Below, one piece after another: positions 9,693 to 19,527 of a stretch of DNA of 64,000 nucleotides. The notes under the pieces are model-generated. The model saw only the letters and a program-made list of their open reading frames with translations, made no database searches and had not been told where the DNA came from. This DNA is from a bacterium (lineage in GTDB: Bacteria > Elusimicrobiota > Elusimicrobia > Elusimicrobiales > UBA9959), in NCBI GenBank assembly GCA_021786295.1, contig JAJYNO010000009.1, positions 35,977-99,976 of the forward strand. Direction: 5' to 3'. Position 1 is the first letter of the stretch. The number at the start of each line of letters is the position of its first letter. The translations under genes and the position numbers were made by a program.

Positions 9693-10670
9693 ATGAAAAC
9701 CATCGACAAGCTCACCTTATTGCTGGCCGCCGCGCTGCTGCTCCCCGCCGCGCCGGTCCTGGCCGGCGACTCCGGCGTCGGCACCGACGGCGCCGCCTTC
9801 ATGAAGCTTCCCACCGGCAGCCCCAGGGTGCAGGCGCTCGGCAACAACGGCGTCTCGCTGGCGGAGGGCGGAGAGGCCCTGGCGGTCAACCCGGCGGGCA
9901 TCTCCTCAGCGCAGATGAGGGAGGTCTCGTTCTCCTACATGAGCTGGCTGCAGGGCTTTGACGGCCAGTACGTCTCTTTCCTGAACCCGGTGGGGCAGTC
10001 CGTGGTGGGGTTCAACATGGCCTACTACAACATCAGCGGCTTCGACGTACGCGACAGCAACGGCGTCCCGCAGTACGGCACCGACGTCAGGGTCCGCGAC
10101 GGCTACGCCACGCTCGGCGTCGCCAGGGGCTTTTTCCTGGAGAGACTGCAGCTCGGCGCCAGCGTGAAGGAGGTGCTGGAGGACAACTACACCGAGAAGT
10201 ACCAGAACACGGTGTTCGACCTCGGCGCCATCCTGCACGTGGGCCGCAAACTTTCGCTGGGCTGGGCCGCCCAGAACCTCTCCGGCAAGTCGCACCAGGT
10301 GGTGAAGGTCACCCGTCTCGGGGGGGCCTTCGTGTTCAATCCTTTCATTACCCTGGCGCTGGAGGAGAAGACCTATTCGGACCGCAGCGGGGTGCTGGGC
10401 GGCGGAATGGAGTTCAGCCTGCCGGAGGAGGTGCTGCAGGTCGGCCGCGTCTCGCTGCGCGTCGGCTACACCCCGTCCGACAGTTACGGCAAGAACATGG
10501 ACGACAGCACGCTCAAGAGCCTGGGCATGACGGACATCTCCGGCTGGTCCTTCGGCGTGGGCATCTACAGCTCTCAGGCTTTCGGCTACGGCATGGGCTT
10601 CGACTACACGATGGCGCCCTACGGCGCGCTGGGCAAGACCAGCCAGATGGCGCTGCGGTTCCAGTTCTAG
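9693..10670 (+). CDS. PorV/PorQ-family outer-membrane beta-barrel
   Basis: Signal peptide, 'GAAFMKLPTGSPRVQALG...ALAVNPAG' family motif, alternating beta strands and a C-terminal Phe (ALRFQF) BAM signal. Confidence 0.8.
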   Translation: MKTIDKLTLLLAAALLLPAAPVLAGDSGVGTDGAAFMKLPTGSPRVQALGNNGVSLAEGGEALAVNPAGISSAQMREVSFSYMSWLQGFDGQYVSFLNPVGQSVVGFNMAYYNISGFDVRDSNGVPQYGTDVRVRDGYATLGVARGFFLERLQLGASVKEVLEDNYTEKYQNTVFDLGAILHVGRKLSLGWAAQNLSGKSHQVVKVTRLGGAFVFNPFITLALEEKTYSDRSGVLGGGMEFSLPEEVLQVGRVSLRVGYTPSDSYGKNMDDSTLKSLGMTDISGWSFGVGIYSSQAFGYGMGFDYTMAPYGALGKTSQMALRFQF

Positions 10671-10678
10671 GAGGCCGC

Positions 10679-10888
10679 GTGAAGGCGGGACGGATGGAGG
10701 CGGACGGGGACGCGGCGGCCTGGCGGCGCCGCCGGAAAGGGCAGACCGCGATAGAATATCTGCTGGTGATGGTCTCCCTGCTTTTCGTTTTCGTCATCAT
10801 GTTCAAGGCGCTGCAGTACGCGCTCGGCAACCAGTTCAAGCGCGGCGGCATGGTGATAGTGCGGATGTACAAGGCGGATCCCTGGTGA
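10679..10888 (+). CDS. Flp/type IVc pilin-like protein (class III signal peptide)
   Basis: RRRRKG|QTAIEY followed by a hydrophobic helix. Alternative start ATG 10694. Confidence 0.75.
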   Translation: MKAGRMEADGDAAAWRRRRKGQTAIEYLLVMVSLLFVFVIMFKALQYALGNQFKRGGMVIVRMYKADPW

Positions 10889-10930
10889 GCCGCGGGGACA
10901 AGTTCTGAAATCCAGTACGGAGGATAGACA

Positions 10931-11125
10931 ATGAACAAGCTGTTCAAGAACAGGAAAGGCCAGAATACCGTGGAATACCTGCTGATGCTCGCGGTCGTGG
11001 TGGGCGTCGTGCTGGTGGCCGGCATGGCCCTCAAGAAGTACATGCCTTCGCTCTTTCAGAGCATACAGGGCATGATCAACGGGGCGGCCAGCAGCCTGGG
11101 CGCTTCCGGCGGCAACCAGCCGTAA
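10931..11125 (+). CDS. flp: Flp pilin, probable major subunit
   Basis: MNKLFKNRKG|QNTVEYLLMLAVVVGVV; 64 aa; strong GGAGG RBS; followed by a stable hairpin. Confidence 0.85.
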   Translation: MNKLFKNRKGQNTVEYLLMLAVVVGVVLVAGMALKKYMPSLFQSIQGMINGAASSLGASGGNQP

Positions 11126-11134
11126 GGGCCTGTT

Positions 11135-11167
11135 CCGGGCCGCGGCGTCTAAAGCGCCGCGGCCCGG
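11135..11167 (+). terminator. 13-bp GC stem-loop after flp (mRNA stabiliser or partial terminator)
   Basis: ccgggccgcggcg (11135-11147) / cgccgcggcccgg (11155-11167). No immediate U-tract. Confidence 0.55.
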
Positions 11168-11215
11168 GTATTCGCGGCTTTTCCCCGGGGACTGCCAGGG
11201 AAGAGGCGCGGTTTT

Positions 11216-11719
11216 ATGGGCATGCCGAGGACGGTCTTTAAGCGGCCCGCCGGTTCGCGCCGGCGCGGCCCGGGACAGGTGACCGTGGAGCTGCTGCTGG
11301 TGCTCCCGGTCTTCATGCTGCTGCTGTTCTTTATAATGGAGATGGGCAACCTCGGCTTTCAGACCATACTGGCCCATCACTGCGCCTACGAGCTGGCCCG
11401 CATCGGCTCTCTGGTCGCCGGGCCCAACGGGGCCGGCACGGGCGGCGGGGAAGCGGCCGCCAACATGAAGATGGAGGCGGTGCTCAAGGAAATGTTCCCG
11501 AACTCCCCCGGGGTGAGCGTGGACGGGACGATAGTGCCGACGCTGATGGACCCGCAGTCCGGCCAGATGGGGGAGGACCTGCTGGTGACGCTGACCTACG
11601 AGGCCAGGCTGATCTTCCCGGGGTCCGACTATTTCCTGGCCGACGGGCCGAAGCAGGCGCACAGGAAGAAGATAGTGGTGCGGGTCAGGATGCCGGTGGA
11701 GCAGCCCTACTTCCAGTGA
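11216..11719 (+). CDS. tadE: TadE-like minor pilin
   Basis: RRRGPG|QVTVELLLVLPVFMLLLFFIMEMG...AYELARIG. Confidence 0.85.
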   Translation: MGMPRTVFKRPAGSRRRGPGQVTVELLLVLPVFMLLLFFIMEMGNLGFQTILAHHCAYELARIGSLVAGPNGAGTGGGEAAANMKMEAVLKEMFPNSPGVSVDGTIVPTLMDPQSGQMGEDLLVTLTYEARLIFPGSDYFLADGPKQAHRKKIVVRVRMPVEQPYFQ

Positions 11720-11744
11720 GGGCGGAGCGGGCCGGAGGGCGGAT

Positions 11745-11787
11745 TTAACACGGATTTAACGGGAAGTTAACAGTCAAATTGGAGAAT
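11745..11787 (+). promoter_or_regulatory. Three TTAAC half-sites at 11-bp period upstream of cpaB
   Basis: TTAAC at 11745, 11756 and 11767 (two overlapping TTAA-N7-TTAAC units); weak -10-like GAGAAT 11782-11787 at the same offset as in the other copies. Confidence 0.65.
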
Positions 11788-11794
11788 ATCTGAT

Positions 11795-12550
11795 ATGGAA
11801 AAGAAAGGCATGCTTGTCCCGGTACTGCTCGCACTGGCGGCGTCTGCCATCTACTGGTGGGTCCTGACCTCCAAGGAGCGGGCGCTCGAGGCCCAGCACG
11901 AGCAGGCCACGGTGCTGGTCTCCCGTTTCGACCTCCCGGCCCGCACGATAATGAACGTGGACCTGGTGGAAACGCGTCAGATCCCGCGCATGTACATGGA
12001 ACAGGACGCCTACGAGGTCAAGAGCCAGTCCGACATAAAGCTGATAACCAATCTGGTCACCGCGGTGCGCATCCCGAAGGGCAACCAGATAACGCAGTCC
12101 GCTCTGCTCTCCCTCAGCCCGGAAGCCGGCCTCAGCGTCAAGGTGCCTCCCGGTTACCGCGGCTGCGTGCTGCCGGTGGACCAGGACCTGCTCCGGCTGA
12201 TAAAGCCGGGCGACCACGTGGACATACTCGTCACTTTCGACGCGGTCATGGGGGACAACCATAAGGAGAACGTCACCGCCACCATACTGCAGAACGTCCC
12301 GGTCCTGGGCGTGGGCTCCAATCTGGGGCAGGGCCTGTCCGGAGCGCAGGCCAGCGCCAAGGAAAAGGTGGCCGCGGCCGACCAGGCCTTCTCCGACAAG
12401 GCCGCCCTCAGCCTCTCCCTGAACCCGCAGGAGGCCCAGTACCTGGCCCTGGCGGAGAAGAACGGCAAGATAGACGTGATCGTGCGCGGCCTGGGCGACG
12501 TGGAGTTGCACCCGATGGAGATAGCTTCGTTCAAGAGGCTGATAAAATAA
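11795..12550 (+). CDS. cpaB: Flp pilus assembly protein CpaB/RcpC
   Basis: N-terminal TM, SAF domain ('VLVSRFDLPARTI'), 'VPPGYRG', 'IKPGDHVDIL', 'TILQNVPVLGV'. Confidence 0.92.
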   Translation: MEKKGMLVPVLLALAASAIYWWVLTSKERALEAQHEQATVLVSRFDLPARTIMNVDLVETRQIPRMYMEQDAYEVKSQSDIKLITNLVTAVRIPKGNQITQSALLSLSPEAGLSVKVPPGYRGCVLPVDQDLLRLIKPGDHVDILVTFDAVMGDNHKENVTATILQNVPVLGVGSNLGQGLSGAQASAKEKVAAADQAFSDKAALSLSLNPQEAQYLALAEKNGKIDVIVRGLGDVELHPMEIASFKRLIK

Positions 12551-12562
12551 GGACATAATATT

Positions 12563-13285
12563 ATGAAGAAACCTCTTTTCCTCCTCGCCGCGCTGCTGCT
12601 CCCGGCGGCCGCGGCCGCGGACGACACGCAGATGGTGGCCGTCAGCGCCGACATCGTGGAGATAAGCGGCTCGCTGCAGAAGACCCACGGCTTCTCCTGG
12701 AACCAGTTCCTCGACTTCAGCGAGAAGGACGTTCCCGGTATCATCACGCTGGGGGACTTCCAGCGCAAGACGCAGCTGGCCGCCTCGCTGAAACTGCTGG
12801 AGACGGAAGGCAAGGCCCAGCTGCTCTCCAACCCCAAGGTCATCACGAAGAGCGGCACGCAGGCCAACTTCACCGTAGGCGGCGAGATCCCGGTCCCCTA
12901 CTCCAACAACCAGGGCGTCGGCGCGGAGTTCAAGAAGTTCGGCGTGATCCTGGTGGTGCTGCCTGTCGTGCTGCCGGAGAAGAAGAACGCCGTGGACGTG
13001 CAGATCCAGCTGGAGGTCTCCAACCCCGACTATTCCAAGCCGGTCGTCGCCTCCGGGACCACGATCCCGTCCATGGTCACCCGGCAGATCCAGACCGAGG
13101 TGGAGCTGAAGAGCGGCGAGACGCTGGTAATAGGCGGGCTCAAGAGCAGCAACCGCAACGTTTCCAAGAACAGGGTCCCTATACTGGGAAGCCTGCCGCT
13201 GATAGGCGGGCTGTTCAGCTCCACGGACGTGGTGGAACAGCAGAGCTCGCTGTTCCTGTTCGTGACGTTCGATATCATAAAGTGA
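12563..13285 (+). CDS. cpaC: Minimal secretin (CpaC/RcpA-like), secretin domain only
   Basis: Signal peptide, then 'AQLLSNPKVITKSGTQANFTVGGEIPV', 'KFGVIL.V.P', 'TEVELKSGETLVIGGL', 'VPILGSLPLIGGLF'. Only 240 aa. Confidence 0.88.
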   Translation: MKKPLFLLAALLLPAAAAADDTQMVAVSADIVEISGSLQKTHGFSWNQFLDFSEKDVPGIITLGDFQRKTQLAASLKLLETEGKAQLLSNPKVITKSGTQANFTVGGEIPVPYSNNQGVGAEFKKFGVILVVLPVVLPEKKNAVDVQIQLEVSNPDYSKPVVASGTTIPSMVTRQIQTEVELKSGETLVIGGLKSSNRNVSKNRVPILGSLPLIGGLFSSTDVVEQQSSLFLFVTFDIIK

Positions 13286-13358
13286 CCCCCCGGCGCCGGA
13301 GGCGCGGGAGGCGGCCCGGCCTGAGCCGGGACCAGGGAGCGGTCGGATAGCACACGGT

Positions 13359-15575
13359 ATGGACGAACAAAATCTGGCGCCAAGAGTCGTGACTTTTTCC
13401 GGCCCCAAGGAAGGGGTCGGCAAGACCTCCATCGTCATGAACCTGGCGCTGGCCTGGGCCAACTACCAGAAGCGCAACGTGCTGATCCTGCCGCTGGACC
13501 CGCTGTGCCGGCCGGAGCACGCGCAGCTGCTGGGCCTTAACCCTCCGTCGATGGCCGAGATCGTCCGCCAGCTGGGGCGCGAATCGGTCGGCGCGCTGGG
13601 GGCGCTGCTGAAAGGCAAGATCCCGCTCTCGCAGTGGGGCGTCGGCGTGCTGCCGCTTTCCAAGCGGCGCTCGGACGTGGCCAAGATGTCGCCCGACATA
13701 ATCCTGCCGGTGCTTTCCAAGCTTTCCCAGAACTTCGACATCTTCATCGACGTGGACCCGTACTTCCCGATGCAGGTGTTCGCGTTCGACATCTCCGACC
13801 TGGTCTTCTGGGTCTCCAACTCCAACGTGGTCTCCCTCAACGCCACTGCCGGCATTTTCCGGGAGATAAACGAACTGCACTTCCCGATGAACAAGTTCGA
13901 GATCGTGGCAAACCTTTTCGATATGCCGGGCGCGATAGGCCCCAAGGAAGTGGAGAAATTCTACAAGCAGATGGGCAAGGACGTGCTGGCCTTCATGCCG
14001 TGGGAGGACGCGCTGCCCGCCTACGCCAACCAGAACAAGATCCTGATCACCGAGCAGCCCAACACGCAGTGGGTGCGCCTGCTGCGCGTGCTGCTGGGCC
14101 GGCTGGCCGAGCTGAAGCCGGGGGAGAAGCAATGGGTCTCCAACGTCTCGACGGCTGAGTTCGCGCACGGCTCCGACATGCTCTGGCGGCCCACCGAAAA
14201 GGAGGCGGCCGCTCCCCTCTCGGCCGAATCCCACGGCGGGGGCGCGGCCAAGGCGGCGAGGGTGGACGTGCCGCCGTTCTGGGAGGACCTGAAGATGAAG
14301 GTCCACCGCAACGTCGTGTCCGCGCTCGAGATGGAGCGCATAAAGATCTCCGACGACCCGGCGCAGAACGCCGAGAACCGCAAGAAGGTCGACGGCATCA
14401 TCAACGGCCTGCTGCAGAAGGAGACGGCCACGCCGCTGACCCGCGAACAGCGCGTCAAGTTCATCAACGAGCTGCTCGACGAGATCATGGGCCTCGGCCC
14501 GCTCGAGGAGCTGATGCGCGACCCGTCCGTCACCGAGATCATGGTCAACTCGGCAGACAAGGTCTACATAGAGAAGGCCGGCAAGCTGATCCTGACCAAG
14601 TACAAGTTCCGCAACGACGAGCAGATCCTGCAGGTCATGAAGCGCATCGTCGCGCCGCTCGGCCGCCGCATCGACGAGTCCGTGCCGCTGGTGGACGCCC
14701 GCCTGAAGGACGGCTCGCGCGTCAACGGCATCATCCCGCCGCTGGCCGTTTCCGGCCCGACGCTGACGATCCGCCGCTTCTCCGCCAAGCCGTTCACCGA
14801 CTCCGACCTGATCAAGAAAGGGTCCATCTCGCAGACCGCGGTGGACTTTCTGAAGGCCTGCGTCAGGCTGCGCAAGGACATCATCATCTCCGGCGGCACC
14901 GGCACCGGCAAGACGACCTTCCTGAACATGCTGTCGAGCTATATCCCGGAGGACGAGCGCATCGTCACCGTGGAGGACACGGCCGAACTCCGGCTGCAGC
15001 AGGACCACTGGGTGCGCCTCGAGTCCCGCCCGCCCAACATCGAGGGCAAGGGCGAGGTCAGCATCCGCGACCTGGTCAAGAACTGCCTCCGCATGCGCCC
15101 CGACCGCATAGTCGTAGGCGAGGTCCGCGGCTCCGAGGCCCTGGACATGCTTCAGGCAATGAACACCGGCCACGAGGGCTCGCTGGCCACCATTCACGCC
15201 AACACCCCGCGCGACGCGCTGACCCGCATGGAGGCCATGTGCCTGATGGCCGGCGCCGACCTGCCTATCTGGGCGCTGCGCGAGATGATCGCCTCCGCCG
15301 TGCACATGATAGTGCAGCTGACGCGCTTCTCCGACGGCACACGCAAGATCACCGCCATCACCGAGATCACCGGCCGCGAGGAGAACCAGATCCTGATCCA
15401 CGATATCTTCAGGTACCACCAGACCGGCATGGACGAGAACGGCAAGGTGGTGGGCTACTTCAGCGCCACCGGCGATCCGCCGAAGTTCTACAAGGAATTC
15501 GAGACGCACGGCATCCCGATGCCGGTGGAGATCTTCTGGACGGAGGAGCAGAAGCGCCAGAGGACGGGCAGATGA
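13359..15575 (+). CDS. cpaF: CpaE(TadZ)-CpaF(TadA) fusion pilus assembly ATPase
   Basis: N-terminal MinD/CpaE-like domain with deviant Walker [11 protein letters not shown]-terminal TadA domain: [39 protein letters not shown]. Confidence 0.92.
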   Translation: MDEQNLAPRVVTFSGPKEGVGKTSIVMNLALAWANYQKRNVLILPLDPLCRPEHAQLLGLNPPSMAEIVRQLGRESVGALGALLKGKIPLSQWGVGVLPLSKRRSDVAKMSPDIILPVLSKLSQNFDIFIDVDPYFPMQVFAFDISDLVFWVSNSNVVSLNATAGIFREINELHFPMNKFEIVANLFDMPGAIGPKEVEKFYKQMGKDVLAFMPWEDALPAYANQNKILITEQPNTQWVRLLRVLLGRLAELKPGEKQWVSNVSTAEFAHGSDMLWRPTEKEAAAPLSAESHGGGAAKAARVDVPPFWEDLKMKVHRNVVSALEMERIKISDDPAQNAENRKKVDGIINGLLQKETATPLTREQRVKFINELLDEIMGLGPLEELMRDPSVTEIMVNSADKVYIEKAGKLILTKYKFRNDEQILQVMKRIVAPLGRRIDESVPLVDARLKDGSRVNGIIPPLAVSGPTLTIRRFSAKPFTDSDLIKKGSISQTAVDFLKACVRLRKDIIISGGTGTGKTTFLNMLSSYIPEDERIVTVEDTAELRLQQDHWVRLESRPPNIEGKGEVSIRDLVKNCLRMRPDRIVVGEVRGSEALDMLQAMNTGHEGSLATIHANTPRDALTRMEAMCLMAGADLPIWALREMIASAVHMIVQLTRFSDGTRKITAITEITGREENQILIHDIFRYHQTGMDENGKVVGYFSATGDPPKFYKEFETHGIPMPVEIFWTEEQKRQRTGR

Positions 15576-17161
15576 GCGCGCGCGTCCGCGGAACGGGTCT
15601 TATGAAAAAGCTAGTGCTGATATTGTCTTTGGCCGGCCTGCTGGGGGCCGGGTCCGCTTCCGCCGCGGTCTTCACCAAGTCCGAAATGGACGAGGTGTCC
15701 TGCGCCGCGCTGAAGATGCAGCTCTTCTACTACTACCTGACCCCGGACCGGGACAAGTCCATCCTGAACTACACGCTGACCTGCAAGGGCGGCAAGCTCC
15801 AGCTGGCGATGCCGGCCTGGCTGAACACGGCGGTGCCGGACATGGTCAACCGCAAGGTCTGGCGCGACCCGCAGGAGGGCGAGCTTTCGGAAGCTTCCGT
15901 CTGGCAGACGCCCGTCTCCATCCTCTACGAGTTCATGGAGCTGACCAAGAAGACCTTCCCGCCGGAGCAGGGCGGCGCGGGCATACAGCCGGCGCTGCTG
16001 GTCAAGGAGTACGCGGACATCCGCATCCGCTTCCAGATGTCGATGGACAGGCTCTACAGGGCGCGTACGCCCGATTTTACGATGTTCGACTCGATGGACG
16101 GGCGCGGCCGTACGATAATGGCCCAGTTCTCGCTGATCCTGGACGAGATGGAATCCATAGCGGACGCTATCTCCAGCACCAACTCGCAGCGCTACGCCGC
16201 CGCCGTGACGGCCTCCGCCGCCCTCTCCGAGGACGCGTTCCGGACCCTTTTCCTGCCTCCGCGCGTCTATGCGCCGCCGCCGCAGGAGTCCCAGACGGAG
16301 AAGGTGGTCAACACCGCGCTGACGATCCTGGGCATCATACTTATATTCCTGGCCGTGCAGGCCTATTTCGCGCTGAACGACGAGAAGACGAACGCGCTGA
16401 TGGGGAGCTACGCGCAGAAGGTGGCCACGTTCACTGAGGCCTTCTCGCGGCAGTTCATCAGCATCAACGTCAAGTACCTGGTGCTGGGGCCGACCATCCT
16501 GCTGGCGCTGCTGGGCATGTTCACGGGCAGCATCCTGGCCTTTCTCGTGCTGTCGGCCCTGGGTTTCTTCATAGGCCTGCGCACGCCCGCGTTCGTGCTG
16601 AACGCGATGAAGCAGGCCCGCGGCCGCAAGATAGACGGCCAGCTGATGGACGGGCTGATCCTGCTGGCCAACTGCCTGCGCTCGGGCCTGGACATCGTCC
16701 AGGGCTTCGAGATGGTCTCGAAGGACCTGCTGCCCCCGATCTCCGACGAGTTCGGTCTCGTGATCAAGAACTACCAGCTCGGCATGACGTTCGAGAAGGC
16801 GCTGGGCGTGATGGAGGAGCGCGTGGCCTCCAAGATGCTCTCCTACATGATCCGCGCGATCGTGCTGCAGCGCCAGATGGGCGGCAATCTGACCAAGGTC
16901 TTCGAACGCATCGTCGTCGACATACGCGAGGAATCCAAGCTGGACGAGAAGACGAAGGCGATGACGGCGCAGCAGAAGATCCAGTCCATAGTGGTGGGCA
17001 TCATGCCGTGGGTCATGGTCGGCGTGATGTTCATGTTCCAGCCCGACCAGATGATAAGCTTCTACGGCAGCCCGCTGGGGATGGGCGTCTTCATCTTCTG
17101 CGCCGTCTGGATCGGCATAGGCATGAAGGTCGTCTCCAGCCTGGGGAAGATACGCGTATGA
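15572..17161 (+). CDS. tadB: TadB (T2SSF domain) with extra N-terminal exported domain
   Basis: Start at the ATGA overlap 15572 (alternative ATG 15602). Signal peptide, ~220-aa soluble domain, TMs, then 'QLMDGLILLANCLRSG', 'PISDEF', 'QRQMGGNLTKVF'. Confidence 0.88.
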   Translation: MSARVRGTGLMKKLVLILSLAGLLGAGSASAAVFTKSEMDEVSCAALKMQLFYYYLTPDRDKSILNYTLTCKGGKLQLAMPAWLNTAVPDMVNRKVWRDPQEGELSEASVWQTPVSILYEFMELTKKTFPPEQGGAGIQPALLVKEYADIRIRFQMSMDRLYRARTPDFTMFDSMDGRGRTIMAQFSLILDEMESIADAISSTNSQRYAAAVTASAALSEDAFRTLFLPPRVYAPPPQESQTEKVVNTALTILGIILIFLAVQAYFALNDEKTNALMGSYAQKVATFTEAFSRQFISINVKYLVLGPTILLALLGMFTGSILAFLVLSALGFFIGLRTPAFVLNAMKQARGRKIDGQLMDGLILLANCLRSGLDIVQGFEMVSKDLLPPISDEFGLVIKNYQLGMTFEKALGVMEERVASKMLSYMIRAIVLQRQMGGNLTKVFERIVVDIREESKLDEKTKAMTAQQKIQSIVVGIMPWVMVGVMFMFQPDQMISFYGSPLGMGVFIFCAVWIGIGMKVVSSLGKIRV

Positions 17162-18054
17162 CGGACAAGCTCACACAGTTCTTTCTCATAGCCGTTTCCA
17201 TCATCGGCTCCTTCTCCGTCTTCGCGGCGGTGCAGCGCTTCTTCGCCCCGCGCGAGGAGGACCGCTCCCCGATAGGCGACATCAGCGACATGGAGGGCAA
17301 GAGCATCTCCGCCTTCGCCAAGCTGGAGAACAGCAAGAACATGTGGGACAAGCTGGACCTGTTCTTCGCCAGGAAACTCGGCTTCGAGAGGAAGCTGGAA
17401 CAGACCTACGTCCTGCTGGGCAGCCCTTCCGGCACGAATCCCCTCAAGATGCTGCACCTCAAGCTGCTGGTCGGGGGCCTGCTGCCGGTAGTGTTCTACG
17501 TGCTGACAGGCTCGGTCTTCACGCTGGTCTTCGCGCCGCTGGGCTTCATGATCCCCGACGCCGGCATCTACGCGGGCCGCATCCGCCGCCGCCAGGAGGA
17601 CATCATCCACAACTTCCCCACGTTCGTGGACCTGGCCGCGCTGATGATAGAGTCCGGCCTCGACTACATGACGGCCTTCGACCGCATCGTGAAGATCGCC
17701 CCGGTCAAGACCGGGCTGGAGCTCGAGATCGAGAAGACCATAAACGAGGTGCAGCTGGGCTATTCCCGCCGCGACGCGCTGCGCCGCCTGGCGGACCGCA
17801 CCGGCCTGCAGGAGGTGCGCTCCTTCGTCGGCCTTATCGTGCAGTCGGACGAGCTGGGCACCAGCCTCGTGGACCTGCTGCGCAACTATTCGGCCGACAT
17901 GCGCTTCCGCCGCCTGAACAAGGCCGAGAAGCTGGCCGCGCAGGCCTCGACGAAGATGCTGATCCCGCTGTTCATCTTCATCTTTCCGACCGTGTTCATC
18001 CTGATGCTTTCTCCGATGGTCAGCGGACTGATAAAGGGCGGTATGCCTTTCTGA
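17158..18054 (+). CDS. tadC: TadC (T2SSF domain)
   Basis: ATGA overlap with tadB; 'FPTFVDLAALMIESGL', 'QSDELGTSLVDLLR', 'AEKLAAQASTKMLIPLFIFIFP'. Confidence 0.92.
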   Translation: MTDKLTQFFLIAVSIIGSFSVFAAVQRFFAPREEDRSPIGDISDMEGKSISAFAKLENSKNMWDKLDLFFARKLGFERKLEQTYVLLGSPSGTNPLKMLHLKLLVGGLLPVVFYVLTGSVFTLVFAPLGFMIPDAGIYAGRIRRRQEDIIHNFPTFVDLAALMIESGLDYMTAFDRIVKIAPVKTGLELEIEKTINEVQLGYSRRDALRRLADRTGLQEVRSFVGLIVQSDELGTSLVDLLRNYSADMRFRRLNKAEKLAAQASTKMLIPLFIFIFPTVFILMLSPMVSGLIKGGMPF

Positions 18055-18065
18055 AGAGGCTCTAT

Positions 18066-19418
18066 ATGGCGAACATCATTCCCTGGCTGGTCCTTTCCGC
18101 GGCGCTGTGCGCCCCCGCCGCCGCGCAGCAGCAGGCGCCGCAGCCGCAGCAGCAGGCGCCGCAGCCGCCGCGCAGCGAGGAGTCGCTGTTCCTGGACCTG
18201 CAGAAGACGGGGCTGGACTCGATGAGCGACGTGGAGGAGAAGAAGAAGTTCCTTGAGACCGTGAAGCTGGAGAAGGCGAAGATCCAGGACGCGATGCTGG
18301 AGGATATCTACGAGAACGCCTTCGACTATTACCGCAACGGCAAGTACGAGGACGCCAAGGACCTGGCGACGAAGATCCTTTCCATAGACCCGAACTTCAA
18401 GGACGCGCAGATGCTGCTGGACGCCTCCAACCAGCTGCGCGGGAGCGCGCGCCCGGCCATGAGCGAGAGGCTGATGATAGAGGACCGCTTCAAGGACGCT
18501 CTCTCCTACTACAACGAGGGCCGTATAATCGAGGCCCACGACAAGATGGAGGAGGTCGTCAAGCTGTCCCCCAACAACATCAAGGCCAAGTACTGGCTTT
18601 CGCGGATGAACGAGGACCTGAACGACTACTACTTCCAGCGGGGCATGGACGCCTACAAGCAGAACGACCTGAAGAACGCGCTGGACAACCTTTACAGCGC
18701 CCTGCTGATCAAGCCCCGGGACGGCCGGACGGTGGAGTGGGTGTCCCGCGTGGAGGACGAACTGCGCCAGCAGAAGGCCAACGACAGGCTGAAAGAGGCG
18801 CTCGGGTTCTACGCCCAGGGCGACCTCGCGCAGGCCTACGCCGGCCTGCAGCGGGCCCTCGAGGTTCAGCCCGGCGACTCCAAGGCCGCCAAGCTGCTGG
18901 CCGAGGTGAAGCAGGAGATCGAGAACGGTTTCCTCGACTCCGGCAGGAAACTTTACGGGCAGCGCAGGTACACCGACGCGATAGCCGAATGGGACAAGGC
19001 CAAGCCGTACGCCGACGACATGTCCTATATAGACAAGCTGATCAAGCGCGCCAACCAGCAGATGAAGCTGGAGGCCGCCGAGAAGAAGCGCCGCGCCGAG
19101 GAGGCCGCCCGCCGCGCCAAGGAGGAGGCCGACCGCAGGGCCGCCGAGGAGGCCGCCAGGGAGAAGGCCGCCGAGGAGGCCAAGCAGGCCGGCATGGCCC
19201 TGCAGCAGCAGGCGGAGGTACAGAAGCCGCCCGCCGTAACCCAGGAGGACAAGGTCGCCGCCAGGCAGCACTACCTGAACGGCCTGAAGTTCTTCCAGGA
19301 CTCCAATTACGACAAGGCCAAGGACGAGTGGACCATCGCCAAGCAGCTGGACCCGTCCAATCCCGACGTGCAGGCCGGCCTGAAGCGGATAGAGCAGATA
19401 CTGGCCGGCGGCCAGTAG
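18066..19418 (+). CDS. Secreted tetratricopeptide-repeat protein (TadD-like position)
   Basis: Start ATG 18066 with a signal peptide, multiple TPR motifs, an EAAR-rich helix and a final TPR. Confidence 0.85.
   Translation: MANIIPWLVLSAALCAPAAAQQQAPQPQQQAPQPPRSEESLFLDLQKTGLDSMSDVEEKKKFLETVKLEKAKIQDAMLEDIYENAFDYYRNGKYEDAKDLATKILSIDPNFKDAQMLLDASNQLRGSARPAMSERLMIEDRFKDALSYYNEGRIIEAHDKMEEVVKLSPNNIKAKYWLSRMNEDLNDYYFQRGMDAYKQNDLKNALDNLYSALLIKPRDGRTVEWVSRVEDELRQQKANDRLKEALGFYAQGDLAQAYAGLQRALEVQPGDSKAAKLLAEVKQEIENGFLDSGRKLYGQRRYTDAIAEWDKAKPYADDMSYIDKLIKRANQQMKLEAAEKKRRAEEAARRAKEEADRRAAEEAAREKAAEEAKQAGMALQQQAEVQKPPAVTQEDKVAARQHYLNGLKFFQDSNYDKAKDEWTIAKQLDPSNPDVQAGLKRIEQILAGGQ
18126..18167 (+). repeat. 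21-nt tandem repeat x2 (QQQAPQP) in the TPR protein linker
   Basis: cagcagcaggcgccgcagccg occurs twice in tandem. Confidence 0.9.
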
Positions 19419-19435
19419 CGCCTAAATCGCGGTAT

Positions 19436-19478
19436 TTAACATTTAGGCAACACTCCGTTAACAGCGGTTTTGTAAACT
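19436..19478 (+). promoter_or_regulatory. 11-bp-periodic half-sites plus -10 (TAAACT)
   Basis: TTAAC 19436, GCAAC 19447, TTAAC 19458, then 10 nt and TAAACT 19473-19478. Confidence 0.65.
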
Positions 19479-19527
19479 AATATTGCGGGCCGAGGAGGCC
19501 CGCCAGATTTTACGCAAGGAACTACGT

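Noticed and set aside
11745-11771. True CtrA regulation of the tad genes
   Set aside because: The motif matches TTAA-N7-TTAAC, but nothing in the window indicates an alphaproteobacterial CtrA circuit. Treated as a generic OmpR-family box.
15239-18065. Extended starts given by the track for tadB (15239), tadC (17008) and the TPR gene (17343)
   Set aside because: They overlap upstream genes. Downstream ATGs give clean stop/start overlaps and signal peptides.
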